This document shows, piece after piece, positions 29,677 through 39,429 of a DNA stretch of 64,000 bases (the first letter of the stretch is position 1; every line of letters starts with the position of its first letter). Source of the DNA: an uncultured Alphaproteobacteria bacterium (lineage in GTDB: Bacteria; Pseudomonadota; Alphaproteobacteria; Rs-D84); NCBI GenBank assembly GCA_944392815.1, contig CALXXY010000003.1:43520-107519 (forward strand), read 5' to 3'. The notes beneath the pieces were generated by a model that did no database searches, was not told the DNA's origin, and worked only from the letters and a program-made list of their open reading frames with translations. Made by a program: the position numbers and the translations under genes.

Positions 29677-30843
29677 ATGTTTTTACGACCAATCGTATTT
29701 TCTGTATTGTGCACATTCATCGGCATACACGGTGCGAATGCCCTGATGTGGAATGATCCGAATGTAAACCTTGTCCAAAGCGTATCTGATCACCGTTATC
29801 GTGACGCCAACACGGGTCGATATGTAAGTACCGCCGGAATGCCAGCGGTACCGCCAGTGGTCGGCAGCCCAACTGGTACTGGTACAGGCACCGGAACCGG
29901 TACTGGTACAGGAACTGGAACAGGTACGGGAACCGGTACTGGTACAGGCGCTGGAACAGGTACGGGAACTGGAACCGGTACTGGTACAGGCGCTGGGGCT
30001 GGTGGCGGTGGCACCGCCGGCAGAATTCGCACCAATTGGTCAAATATGTCACGTGGCGCACGTATCGGCACTGGGATTGGTATCGTCGCTGGTACAGCGG
30101 GTGTTGTGACATCTGGCCTGGGGAACCAGGAACACGGTGCCGGCAACGTGGTTGGTGGCGCATTAAGTGGTGCCGCAGCGGGCGCCTCTGTTGGCAGTTT
30201 AATCGCCCCAGGTCTGGGTACTGCTATCGGTGCAGGTGTTGGCGCATTGGCCGGTGCATTGTACCCTGCGGCAAAGGTATTTTCCGAAACAGATTGCCTG
30301 CGCGATCCTGTCACCGGGGCATACACATGTTGCAATACCGCATTTAACAAAGGCGACCGCGTCGTTCCAATTGGCGGATTCATGTTCTGTGGCGCCGAAG
30401 ATGGCTCGCAAAACACACCGTTCCAGGTACGTCAATGTCTGCAGGGCAAACCAAAGGACGAATCAACCTGGACCGACCAGGGTAAAAAATGGTACGAAGG
30501 CGGCATGTGGGTTGATGATTTTTGGGCACCTGAATGCACGGTCAGATTTTGCAACACCGCCCCAACCCAGGGCATAGAAAATTATATTATACCGGTCCAG
30601 GACACAACAAATTTCTGTTGGGATTGGAAATGTATTGATGGATACGAACGTTCCGGGGACACATGTGTCATCGCGGGCGGTGGCGGCAACGGAACGACGG
30701 GTGGCGCACCGGTCACACCATATACAAATCCGACAAACCCGACCGCCGATCAATACGATGAATTAATCAAACGACTGCAATTGCAACGCCAATTAATATT
30801 GCAGGAATGCGGTTATATGGTGAACACACAAAACCAAAATTAA
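29677..30843 (+). CDS. Secreted protein with a (Gly-Thr)n linker, glycine zipper and Cys-rich domain
   Basis: Signal peptide, GT repeat, GALSGAAAGASVGS...GTAIGAGVGALAG zipper and many Cys residues. Confidence 0.82.
   Translation: MFLRPIVFSVLCTFIGIHGANALMWNDPNVNLVQSVSDHRYRDANTGRYVSTAGMPAVPPVVGSPTGTGTGTGTGTGTGTGTGTGTGTGTGAGTGTGTGTGTGTGAGAGGGGTAGRIRTNWSNMSRGARIGTGIGIVAGTAGVVTSGLGNQEHGAGNVVGGALSGAAAGASVGSLIAPGLGTAIGAGVGALAGALYPAAKVFSETDCLRDPVTGAYTCCNTAFNKGDRVVPIGGFMFCGAEDGSQNTPFQVRQCLQGKPKDESTWTDQGKKWYEGGMWVDDFWAPECTVRFCNTAPTQGIENYIIPVQDTTNFCWDWKCIDGYERSGDTCVIAGGGGNGTTGGAPVTPYTNPTNPTADQYDELIKRLQLQRQLILQECGYMVNTQNQN
29872..30000 (+). repeat. Coding Gly-Thr dipeptide repeat
   Basis: About 20 GGN-ACN hexamers with mixed synonymous codons. 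Confidence 0.9.
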
Positions 30844-32612
30844 TGCGGCGGATATTTATATCTTGGCTGATTGCACTTTGCGCCACAAATGTGGCGCTTT
30901 GTGCGAATGTGACACAAACAACCGCACCAATATCACTGGTCGGGGGTGGGGCGGGTGACATAACCGTCCCGACAACGTCGCCAGATTTTGTCCCAATTTC
31001 TGATATAAACCAAATCACACCGAACGATACAGAATGCGCCACTGCCGTATTTGCGGACGCGCTGGCCAACAATTCTGCGGCTGTATCGGAAACGGACGAA
31101 GATATTGTCATACGTCAATGGATTTATCAAACTTTTGCAAATCCTGACGTTCTGCGCGCGGTTATGAAATGTCCCGAATTCGCAAACGCTGCCGATGACG
31201 AAACGATTACACTGCAACCAATAAAATACGTTTTTCCGGGCGGGCGCGAAATAGTCATCAATTACGAAACCCAACCAAAAATTTTGGCCCAACGAATAAC
31301 ATTGGGCGAAAAAAATGAATTGGCTGATTTGAATCCGAATCCGCGTATTGACCCGACCGACGGCACGGTTTGGACAAACACAGATCCTGCATGGTATGCA
31401 ATCATGGTTGTTGAATCGGGCACGCTGGATGAATTCGTGGGTCCTGGGAAAAATAAGACGGTATCCATGCGATATATTAATGACAACATAGACAGGTTAT
31501 TTCCACATGGCAACCAGTGCACCAGCAAATCCGCACTGGCCGGGGACAGAAGAATGATAAACGTTGCCACCCGCGAAACAGTTGGCATTGATAACGATAC
31601 AAATGATTACTATGTGGCGGGCGACGTAAGTTTGCAATGGATATCTTATCTGGAAATCGGTCTGGACGTGGCAATAACAGTTTTAACGATGGGCGGCGGC
31701 ACAGTTATTTTGGGCGCAACAAAATCCGCCCGCGCGTCCCGTGCATTGCACGGATTAACAAACACAATCAAAACATTGCGCACGACAGATTCCGTACGCG
31801 ATTACGTGCGCATATCGCAACAATATACGCGCGTGGCCGAACAATTGCGCAACATTGACCGCGTCGCCGACGCCGCGCAATACGAACGCCTCGCCGCCCA
31901 GGCCGATGATTTGGCGCGCACTATGCGCACACTGGAACAAACAGACGACAACGTTCGGCAATATCGCAATGCCACAAACGCATTCACATCACTGAATCAA
32001 TACCGCCGCACTTTGCGCAGTTTACGCACCCCACAACGTGGCAATATCATCGCACGCGCATGGCGCGCAATCCGCGCGGCAAACACAGGCGGGAAAACCA
32101 TTCGCAACGCGGAAAAAATCGCCCGCAGCAGCACACTGTCCGGCCAAATTCGCGATTGGTTGTTTCAATCAACATTAACAAATGCCGGGGCATTGGCGCG
32201 CCTGGAACGCACGGGCGGATACATATACGGCGCATTGCGTTTTTTCGGTGGCATGTATGATTGGACGGAAACCAGCACCGGCGAATTCACCAGTGGCATT
32301 GATTTCAAACCATTGACACTGCTGTCGGCCGACGATTTACAGGGCCAGGAAAATGTCATAAATCACGGCATGTGGCTGATGTGGGCGGGCAATGCATATT
32401 CCGCCGCAGACGATGACGCCGCATATCTGCAGGCCATGGATTTTGCCAACAAATTCCATTTCAACCTGGACAAAATTCAAACGGAACAAAACAATCACGC
32501 GTGCAATGTGGATATTTTCGTCGTGCGTCCAATAATCCATAACCCCGGCACAGATAACGCAGAATTATATTACCTGATAATGAATGACACCCCGTGGACA
32601 ACGCGCGAATAA
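30843..32612 (+). CDS. Secreted hypothetical protein with an internal hydrophobic segment and a helical region
   Basis: TAATG coupling to the upstream gene, a signal peptide, and internal EIGLDVAITVLTMGGGTVILG. Confidence 0.8.
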   Translation: MRRIFISWLIALCATNVALCANVTQTTAPISLVGGGAGDITVPTTSPDFVPISDINQITPNDTECATAVFADALANNSAAVSETDEDIVIRQWIYQTFANPDVLRAVMKCPEFANAADDETITLQPIKYVFPGGREIVINYETQPKILAQRITLGEKNELADLNPNPRIDPTDGTVWTNTDPAWYAIMVVESGTLDEFVGPGKNKTVSMRYINDNIDRLFPHGNQCTSKSALAGDRRMINVATRETVGIDNDTNDYYVAGDVSLQWISYLEIGLDVAITVLTMGGGTVILGATKSARASRALHGLTNTIKTLRTTDSVRDYVRISQQYTRVAEQLRNIDRVADAAQYERLAAQADDLARTMRTLEQTDDNVRQYRNATNAFTSLNQYRRTLRSLRTPQRGNIIARAWRAIRAANTGGKTIRNAEKIARSSTLSGQIRDWLFQSTLTNAGALARLERTGGYIYGALRFFGGMYDWTETSTGEFTSGIDFKPLTLLSADDLQGQENVINHGMWLMWAGNAYSAADDDAAYLQAMDFANKFHFNLDKIQTEQNNHACNVDIFVVRPIIHNPGTDNAELYYLIMNDTPWTTRE

Positions 32613-32664
32613 TTCCCATTGTATTTTTTATCACAACCACATATAATAACTATACAGGGGGTGC

Positions 32665-32991
32665 ATGAATATGATTAAAAAAATATTTATGGCATTGTGT
32701 ATAACCGCAATATCCGTCACCGGCGCAAACGCGTATCAATTATTATCGTCCAAAGAAATGGGAAAAAACGACGCCAAAAATCAAACTGTCGTTGTAAAAT
32801 GCACAACCGACACAGGCAAAGTTTCTGCCCAAACATGCACATTGCGCAGATATGCAAAATGCAGCGGCACTGGCACAAAAAAAACATGCAACGGCTGGCA
32901 ACCATGGCAGGATTTACGCACCCCGGGCAAAAAATATTCTGATTGGCGCAGTGCTGCGTCCGCATGCTGTCGTGCCAAAGGATTACGATAG
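32665..32991 (+). CDS. Small basic Cys-rich secreted protein
   Basis: Signal peptide ending ANA, six Cys in the mature part, G-rich RBS and a terminator downstream. Confidence 0.78.
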   Translation: MNMIKKIFMALCITAISVTGANAYQLLSSKEMGKNDAKNQTVVVKCTTDTGKVSAQTCTLRRYAKCSGTGTKKTCNGWQPWQDLRTPGKKYSDWRSAASACCRAKGLR

Positions 32992-33037
32992 ATAATACCA
33001 TAAAACAAAAATCCGCCACCTGGCGGATTTTTTATTC

Positions 33038-33114
33038 TGGTGGATGAGATTGGACTCGAACCAACGACCCCCACGATGTGAACGTGATGCTCTAACCAAC
33101 TGAGCTACTCATCC
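33038..33114 (-). tRNA. tRNA-Val(CAC)
   Basis: Cloverleaf with anticodon loop TTCACAT and CCA end. Confidence 0.96.
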
Positions 33115-33255
33115 AAAACACATATTTTCAATTGCGGACTGTATTCTATCACCACCCTAAAATCAGCGCAAGCAAAAAATTTATACAAAAACTTGATTTT
33201 TGTCATTATTTTTCTATCATGAATTCAGAATATTCAAACCAAAGGGGTTCAGTGT

Positions 33256-34146
33256 ATGAAAGGCATAATTTTAGCGGGCGGCAGTGGCACACGCCTGTAC
33301 CCATTGACCAAAACCACATCTAAACAGTTATTGCCGGTATACGACAAACCGATGATTTATTATCCGATGTCAACGCTGATGCAATTTGACATACGCGATG
33401 TTCTGATTATTTCCACGCCCCAGGACACGCCAAACATCGAACGTCTGTTCGAAAATGGCAGCACATTGGGCATGCACATTCAATACGCAATCCAGGAAAA
33501 ACCCCAGGGCATCGCCCAGGCATTCACCATCGGTGAACAGTTTATTAATAACCAGGACGTATGCCTGATTTTGGGCGACAATATATTCCACATGGGCGGA
33601 CAATTGCCATGGTTCCGTAAAAAAGTCGCAAAAAACCAGGGCAAGCGCGCAACAATTTTTGCATACCATGTATCCGACCCAGAAAGATTTGGCGTCGTTG
33701 AATTTGATGATAAATTAAACGCTGTATCAATCGAAGAAAAACCCAAAAATCCGAAATCAAATTTCGCATCAGTGGGGCTGTATTTTTACCCCAGCGACGT
33801 CGTGGACAAAGCCAAATCTTTGACCCCATCGGCGCGTGGCGAATACGAAATTACCGATTTGAACAACATGTATTTATCAGAACACAGAATGTCCGTTGTA
33901 CCAATGCTGCGCGGGAACGCATGGTTGGACGCAGGCACCCCAAAAAGTTTGTTGGATTCCAGCAACTTTGTTCAAATTATCGAAGAACGCCAGGGCCTGA
34001 AAATCGCCTGTATCGAAGAAATCGCATACAGACGCGGGTTCATTAACAAAAACCAATTAAAAGATATCATCAATAAATTAAAAGACAGTGACTATAAAAA
34101 ATATTTAATGAAAGTATCAATGGAAACAAAACACAAATTGTATTAA
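33256..34146 (+). CDS. rfbA: Glucose-1-phosphate thymidylyltransferase
   Basis: GIILAGGSGTRLYP, SKQLLPVYDKPMIYYP, SARGEYEITD and WLDAGT. Confidence 0.97.
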   Translation: MKGIILAGGSGTRLYPLTKTTSKQLLPVYDKPMIYYPMSTLMQFDIRDVLIISTPQDTPNIERLFENGSTLGMHIQYAIQEKPQGIAQAFTIGEQFINNQDVCLILGDNIFHMGGQLPWFRKKVAKNQGKRATIFAYHVSDPERFGVVEFDDKLNAVSIEEKPKNPKSNFASVGLYFYPSDVVDKAKSLTPSARGEYEITDLNNMYLSEHRMSVVPMLRGNAWLDAGTPKSLLDSSNFVQIIEERQGLKIACIEEIAYRRGFINKNQLKDIINKLKDSDYKKYLMKVSMETKHKLY

Positions 34147-34189
34147 AAACAGGGGCGAAATATTTCGCCCCTGTTTTTTTATAACCGTT

Positions 34190-34276
34190 TGGTGGGGATA
34201 GTGGGACTCGAACCCACACGGTCGCAATGACCAAAGGATTTTAAGTCCTCAGCGTCTACCATTCCGCCATATCCCC
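34190..34276 (-). tRNA. tRNA-Leu(TAA)
   Basis: Anticodon loop CTTAAAA, long variable arm and CCA end. Confidence 0.96.
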
Positions 34277-34304
34277 CATTGCAATTTGAATCGATAAAAA
34301 ATTT

Positions 34305-34380
34305 TGGTGGAGCTGATGGGACTCAAACCCACGACCTCTACGATGCGAACGTAGCGCTCTATCAACTGAGCTACAACCCC
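34305..34380 (-). tRNA. tRNA-Ala(CGC)
   Basis: Anticodon loop TTCGCAT, G3:U70 identity pair and CCA end. Confidence 0.95.
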
Positions 34381-34387
34381 AGAACTT

Positions 34388-34474
34388 TGGTGCGGATAAG
34401 AGGACTTGAACCTCCAAGGCATTGCTGCCACTAGTACCTGAAACTAGCGCGTCTACCAATTCCGCCATATCCGC
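34388..34474 (-). tRNA. tRNA-Leu(CAG)
   Basis: Anticodon loop TTCAGGT, long variable arm and CCA end. Confidence 0.96.
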
Positions 34475-34600
34475 AATTGCCCCATTATCTTATATTAACT
34501 TTACCAATTTTGCAACAGAAAAATCAAATAAACCAAACACATTAAAAAACATAAAAACACTTGCCCTGAAAATCGCAATTTTGCTAACATTTAATTCAGA

Positions 34601-37318
34601 ATGAGAAGGATTCTGTATTTTATCACTACTTTTGCCCTGTGCATTGGCATTGCCAACGCGGCTGTGCGTGATGAAAATGCAACGAATCGCAATACGAATA
34701 ATGCCAATCAAACAGTTTCGCGCACGGCGTCCACACGCGCCGTCGCTGGGCGCAGTGCAACTGTGCGCACGGCCACGCCAACTGTATCGCGCACAGCATC
34801 ACAAAATAACGCCACGCGAACCACCGCCGCGCGCCCATCGTCATCGTCAAATCGCCCAAATGCCACGCGCACGTCGGTGGCCCGCACGGGCAACAACACG
34901 ACCCGCGCGGCAACTGCGCGCGCCGCAGCGCCGGTTGTATCACGCGCCGCCACAAACACCAGTGCAATGTCCGAAACACGCACCGGCGCAGAATACGAGC
35001 AATGCAAAAGTGCATATTTTACATGCATGGATCAATTTTGCGAATTAAAAAACGACGACTATCGTCGCTGTTCTTGCAGTAATCGCGTGTTTGATTTAAC
35101 CGAAATCCGCGACACCATGCAGGACGCCAGCGACCAATTAACCGTATTCAATGAAAATCTGAACGTTGTCGGCATGACCGCGGCCCAGGCAACCGCCATG
35201 AAAACCGCGACCGAGGGCGAAAATGCCCTGACGTCGGACACATCTGCGTCAAAACAATTATTACAGGCCATCATGAATTCAATACGCGGTGGCGACACGT
35301 CTGTTGGTGGCAAATATTCCGATTTGAACAGCATAACATTATCGTTTGACACAGTAAACGCGTTTGGCACTGCGGACGCGGGTCAAATCATCGCGTCATA
35401 CAACGGCCAAAATCTGTACGACGCCGTATACCCCCAATGTCGCGAGGCCGTACGCGCCGACTGTACCGACGCACAATTACAGCGCGCAATCACCGCATAT
35501 TTAATGGCAATTGAACAGGACTGCAACAGTGTCGAAACAGCAATAGAAAACAAGCAAAAGGAAATAAAATCTGCTATCCGCGAAAGCAGCGCTATGTTGG
35601 ATTTGGCCCGCGTAGAAAATCGCCAGGCGCACAATTCCAGCGACATGGCAACATGCCTGACCAATGTTGAAAACGCCATTTTAAGCGAGGAAGTTTGTGG
35701 TTCCAATTACCACAAATGCCTGGACAATGGCGAATTTATCGATGTTTCCACAGGCGCCCCAATCGCAGGCGTGGAAAATTTTTACGAATTGGGAAATCTG
35801 CTGAAATTTGCAGACGGTGTTGACGCCGCCGATCAAAAATTATCGCAAATCACATACAACAGGACTTTCGTTAAAAATTTTGAAAATCGCGTTAAAAAAT
35901 TCGCGGAACCAGAATTGGACAAATGTACGGAAATTGCCGACGTTGTTTGGTCGGAATACCTGGACAAAGCCATGCTGGACATATACTATGCCCAACAATC
36001 CAAAGTATCCGAAATCAAACAGGGTTGCTTTGATTTTGTATCTGCCTGCTATATGAACAGCGAGGCCGCCATCACAGACGCCATGGCATCACTGACCGGC
36101 GACGACACGGTTATTTTACAACCGGACAGCGTCACATTAACAACAGAAATGTGCCGTGATTATATTAATTCGTGCAACATGATGTTCTATGACCAAACTG
36201 GCGGCCAAAACATCGTGACGGACTATATCAACAACCGCCAGGAAACAGACACATTGACCGCATGTCGCGCAGTTGTAAAACAGTGCTTTGATAACTTTGG
36301 CGGATCCGGATATGAAAACTTCTATTATCCATACAGCGGCCTGTTCAAAACGGGCGAGGCCCTGGACTGGTTCACCCTGTATGAATATGACGAAAATGGC
36401 AACCCCAACACGGACAAACCGGTATCAAAATGCGCCCAGCAATTACAGGAAATCGCGTCATGCAATACCCCCGAAATGATGGAGAACGCCTTTGGTGGAT
36501 TCGACCGCATAATCGCCGGCCGCGGGACATTCGGCGACGAAACTGTATTCTATTTTGATAAAAACGGCCAATATAATGGCGAACCACTCGAAGATCATGC
36601 CAACATAACATACAACCATAAAAAATATGGACTGCTGGACGATGTGGCAACAGAAAACATAACCCCGATAGATATCGCAACAAACCAGGCCAGCGGTAAT
36701 AAAATCAATGCGCGCGTGCTGTCGCACCACGAACCACGCCCAACTGGGGTTGCCACCGAAATTTATAACCAGATTGTCGACACACTGGCCACCCAGTGCA
36801 CCAACCTGCAGGGCCGTTTTGTTGAACTGCAATTCATCAAACAAGGTTTGTACCAGGAATCCAATCTGTGCCTGTCCAACTTTGAAGGTTCAATTGAATA
36901 CGGTGGTAGTGGTGGTAATGGGGCCGGAACAGCCGAAACCCCGAACCTGGTCTATTTGTACGGCATTGGCCAAGGCGAAGATATGTGCCCGCGGCAATAT
37001 AATCTGGACGTGGATACCCAATCATGGGGCGCGTGCCTGTGCTGGGAAAATGGCGGTCGACGCAGCAAATGGGGCAAAAGCCCGAAATGCATCGCCGGTG
37101 TTCCGACCAGCACTGCAATGAACGATGCGAAATGCACGTCGTCCACCGTCCCCACATCAACCAGCGCCACCGCGCCAGAAAACTGGTGCACACTGGATTT
37201 AAACTCGTCCCGCCAGGTATGCCCATATGATTCTACCGAAGAAGAGGGCATGTGCAAAACACCTGAAACATCTGCTGGGGAACTGCTGCTGCATAATCTG
37301 CCCGACGCGGTCATATAA
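34601..37318 (+). CDS. Large secreted Cys-rich helical protein with an Arg/Thr/Ala-rich N-terminal linker
   Basis: 905-aa ORF with a signal peptide, a low-complexity SRTA/ART region and the motif C...Y..CMDQFC...RCSCS. Confidence 0.82.
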   Translation: MRRILYFITTFALCIGIANAAVRDENATNRNTNNANQTVSRTASTRAVAGRSATVRTATPTVSRTASQNNATRTTAARPSSSSNRPNATRTSVARTGNNTTRAATARAAAPVVSRAATNTSAMSETRTGAEYEQCKSAYFTCMDQFCELKNDDYRRCSCSNRVFDLTEIRDTMQDASDQLTVFNENLNVVGMTAAQATAMKTATEGENALTSDTSASKQLLQAIMNSIRGGDTSVGGKYSDLNSITLSFDTVNAFGTADAGQIIASYNGQNLYDAVYPQCREAVRADCTDAQLQRAITAYLMAIEQDCNSVETAIENKQKEIKSAIRESSAMLDLARVENRQAHNSSDMATCLTNVENAILSEEVCGSNYHKCLDNGEFIDVSTGAPIAGVENFYELGNLLKFADGVDAADQKLSQITYNRTFVKNFENRVKKFAEPELDKCTEIADVVWSEYLDKAMLDIYYAQQSKVSEIKQGCFDFVSACYMNSEAAITDAMASLTGDDTVILQPDSVTLTTEMCRDYINSCNMMFYDQTGGQNIVTDYINNRQETDTLTACRAVVKQCFDNFGGSGYENFYYPYSGLFKTGEALDWFTLYEYDENGNPNTDKPVSKCAQQLQEIASCNTPEMMENAFGGFDRIIAGRGTFGDETVFYFDKNGQYNGEPLEDHANITYNHKKYGLLDDVATENITPIDIATNQASGNKINARVLSHHEPRPTGVATEIYNQIVDTLATQCTNLQGRFVELQFIKQGLYQESNLCLSNFEGSIEYGGSGGNGAGTAETPNLVYLYGIGQGEDMCPRQYNLDVDTQSWGACLCWENGGRRSKWGKSPKCIAGVPTSTAMNDAKCTSSTVPTSTSATAPENWCTLDLNSSRQVCPYDSTEEEGMCKTPETSAGELLLHNLPDAVI

Positions 37319-37412
37319 CACGCCCGGCGGCCGCGCGCATGGGGCGGGGCACAACAAAATAAAAATGCGTCACGAATTTTCGTGACGCATTTTTTACGTT
37401 CATACACAAAAA

Positions 37413-38558
37413 CTATTTACCGCGCACAGCCGCCCGAACAGATTTCGCAATCAACGCCGCGGGCGCGCCATCAGGTCTGCGCCATAAATCATCGGCCGAC
37501 GCCAACGCGTCCGTCATTTTATCGCGCACCGATGGTATTGTTAACTGTTGTACATCGTCCAAAACATTTTCTGTTGTCGCGGCGGGACCCAAAAATTCCG
37601 GATACACACCACGATTCAGCAAAATATTAACCAACGACACCCAATTAACGCGAATGACCTGGCGCACCAGCCACGTTGTTATCGGATTCATTTTATAAAT
37701 AATAATCGCCGGCACATGCAACATCGCCAATTCGGCCGACACAGTACCACTGGCCGCAATCGCAATATACGTTTTTTCATACACATCATATCGCATATCC
37801 GCCGTCACCAATTCAGGTTTCACGTCCCAATGTTTAATTTGCTGACGAATGTATGCGTCCGTCGTTTCAACGGTTGGGATAACAAATTTATACCCAACAT
37901 AGCCGTCCGCAACCAACTGATGCGCGACATCGCGAAAAATCGGGAACAGACGTTTGACCTCGGACATGCGGCTGCCGGGAATTAAAGTGATAATTTTTTC
38001 GTCCGTGTGCGATTTTCTTTTACGCCCCAGCAATCCATCTGCTATGGGGTGACCAACCGCAACTGTGTCCAACCCATATTTAGTAAAATACGGTACCTCG
38101 AAATCAAAAAACGCGTATAATTTATCAAATGTCTGGGCATATTTTTTTGCGCGCCCAGCACGCCAGGCCCAAACCTGGGGCGCAACAACATGATGGAATT
38201 TCAACCCATCGGCAATCAGCGCACGCCCAGCTGGCATTTTACGCAATTTTTTTATCACGCTGCGCGCGAACCCGGGCGAATCAATCGTCAAAACTATATC
38301 GGGCCGCATTTCGACAATGGCGTCAACCGTCTGATTAATACGCCGCGTTAATGTACGCGCATGGGCCGCGACCTCTATCACCCCCATAACGGATAAATCA
38401 GACATCGGGAACAGCGATTTCAATCCCGCCCCAATCATATTTTCACCACCAATACCAACGAACGCGGCATCGTCCATTTCGCGCATAATACGCGCGCCCA
38501 AAACGTCACCAGACACTTCGCCGGCAATAATAAAAACTTTGATTTTTTTATTCTGCAT
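37413..38558 (-). CDS. lpxB: Lipid-A-disaccharide synthase
   Basis: IAGEVSGD, IDSPGF, APQVWAWR, VGHP, PGSR and AASGT. Confidence 0.96.
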   Translation of the reverse strand: MQNKKIKVFIIAGEVSGDVLGARIMREMDDAAFVGIGGENMIGAGLKSLFPMSDLSVMGVIEVAAHARTLTRRINQTVDAIVEMRPDIVLTIDSPGFARSVIKKLRKMPAGRALIADGLKFHHVVAPQVWAWRAGRAKKYAQTFDKLYAFFDFEVPYFTKYGLDTVAVGHPIADGLLGRKRKSHTDEKIITLIPGSRMSEVKRLFPIFRDVAHQLVADGYVGYKFVIPTVETTDAYIRQQIKHWDVKPELVTADMRYDVYEKTYIAIAASGTVSAELAMLHVPAIIIYKMNPITTWLVRQVIRVNWVSLVNILLNRGVYPEFLGPAATTENVLDDVQQLTIPSVRDKMTDALASADDLWRRPDGAPAALIAKSVRAAVRGK

Positions 38559-39345
38559 TTTTAGAAGTACCAATTCCACGTTTCGAACGATTTTCTATGA
38601 AATCAATCGCGTCCATGGCGTATTTGTTGTTTTTTACATCTTTACGGACGCGGGCCAAACGTTCAGAAACAGTTCCATCAGTACTGCGGAAAACAGCCGA
38701 ATATACACTGTGGATTGCGTGCATATCTTCGTTTGTAAAACCATGACGCATTAATCCAACACGATTAATCGTGCGATACACAGCACGCGGCGTCCCGTCA
38801 TAAATGGCATACGGCAAAACATCGTTTCCAACGCCGGACATTCCGCCAATAAACGCATTACGCCCAATACGCGCGAATTGCAACACCATAACGCCACCGG
38901 ACAAAATCGCGTAATCTTCGACCTCTACGTGACCAGCAACCTGAACCAGATTGGACATAACAACACTGTTGCCAATCTTGCAATCGTGCCCCACATGGGC
39001 ATTCACCATAATTTGACAATCGTCACCGATAACGGTCCCGTCCGACGCAGGCGTCCCAGAATGAATGGTCACATATTCGCGAATTTTGCACCGTTTACCG
39101 ATACGCAACCCGGTCATAGCGGATTCGTCCTGCCATTTTAAATCCTGGCTCATCACGCCCAAAACGGCGAACGGATAAACAATAGAATCATCGCCTATGG
39201 ACGTTTTTCCATCAATAACGACATTTGATACCAATTCCACACGGTCACCCAAAACCACATTTGGGCCAACGATACAGAACGGTCCTATTTTGCAATCGGC
39301 GCCCAAAACGGCGCCATCATGAATAATTGCTGTTGGGTGTATCAT
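38548..39345 (-). CDS. lpxA: UDP-N-acetylglucosamine O-acyltransferase
   Basis: IHPTAII, QDLK, IREYVTIHSGT, HVGHDC and AGHV. Confidence 0.96.
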   Translation of the reverse strand: MIHPTAIIHDGAVLGADCKIGPFCIVGPNVVLGDRVELVSNVVIDGKTSIGDDSIVYPFAVLGVMSQDLKWQDESAMTGLRIGKRCKIREYVTIHSGTPASDGTVIGDDCQIMVNAHVGHDCKIGNSVVMSNLVQVAGHVEVEDYAILSGGVMVLQFARIGRNAFIGGMSGVGNDVLPYAIYDGTPRAVYRTINRVGLMRHGFTNEDMHAIHSVYSAVFRSTDGTVSERLARVRKDVKNNKYAMDAIDFIENRSKRGIGTSKNAE

Positions 39346-39429
39346 AATATTCAGGCCTATATTTTTTTACTTTTCGCCTGGAATAATACATTATCCGCGC
39401 ATAAATTGGTATTCAATAAATATAACGAA

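Noticed and set aside
29796-30416. Antisense (Pro-Val)n ORF and other long antisense ORFs (e.g. 26717-27418, 44513-45406, 60924-61664)
   Set aside because: They are shadows of well-supported genes on the opposite strand.
37413-39345. Apparent gene losses (no lpxI between lpxA and lpxB, no tolB-pal after tolA, rfbA alone)
   Set aside because: The missing genes may lie elsewhere in the genome. A single window cannot show loss.
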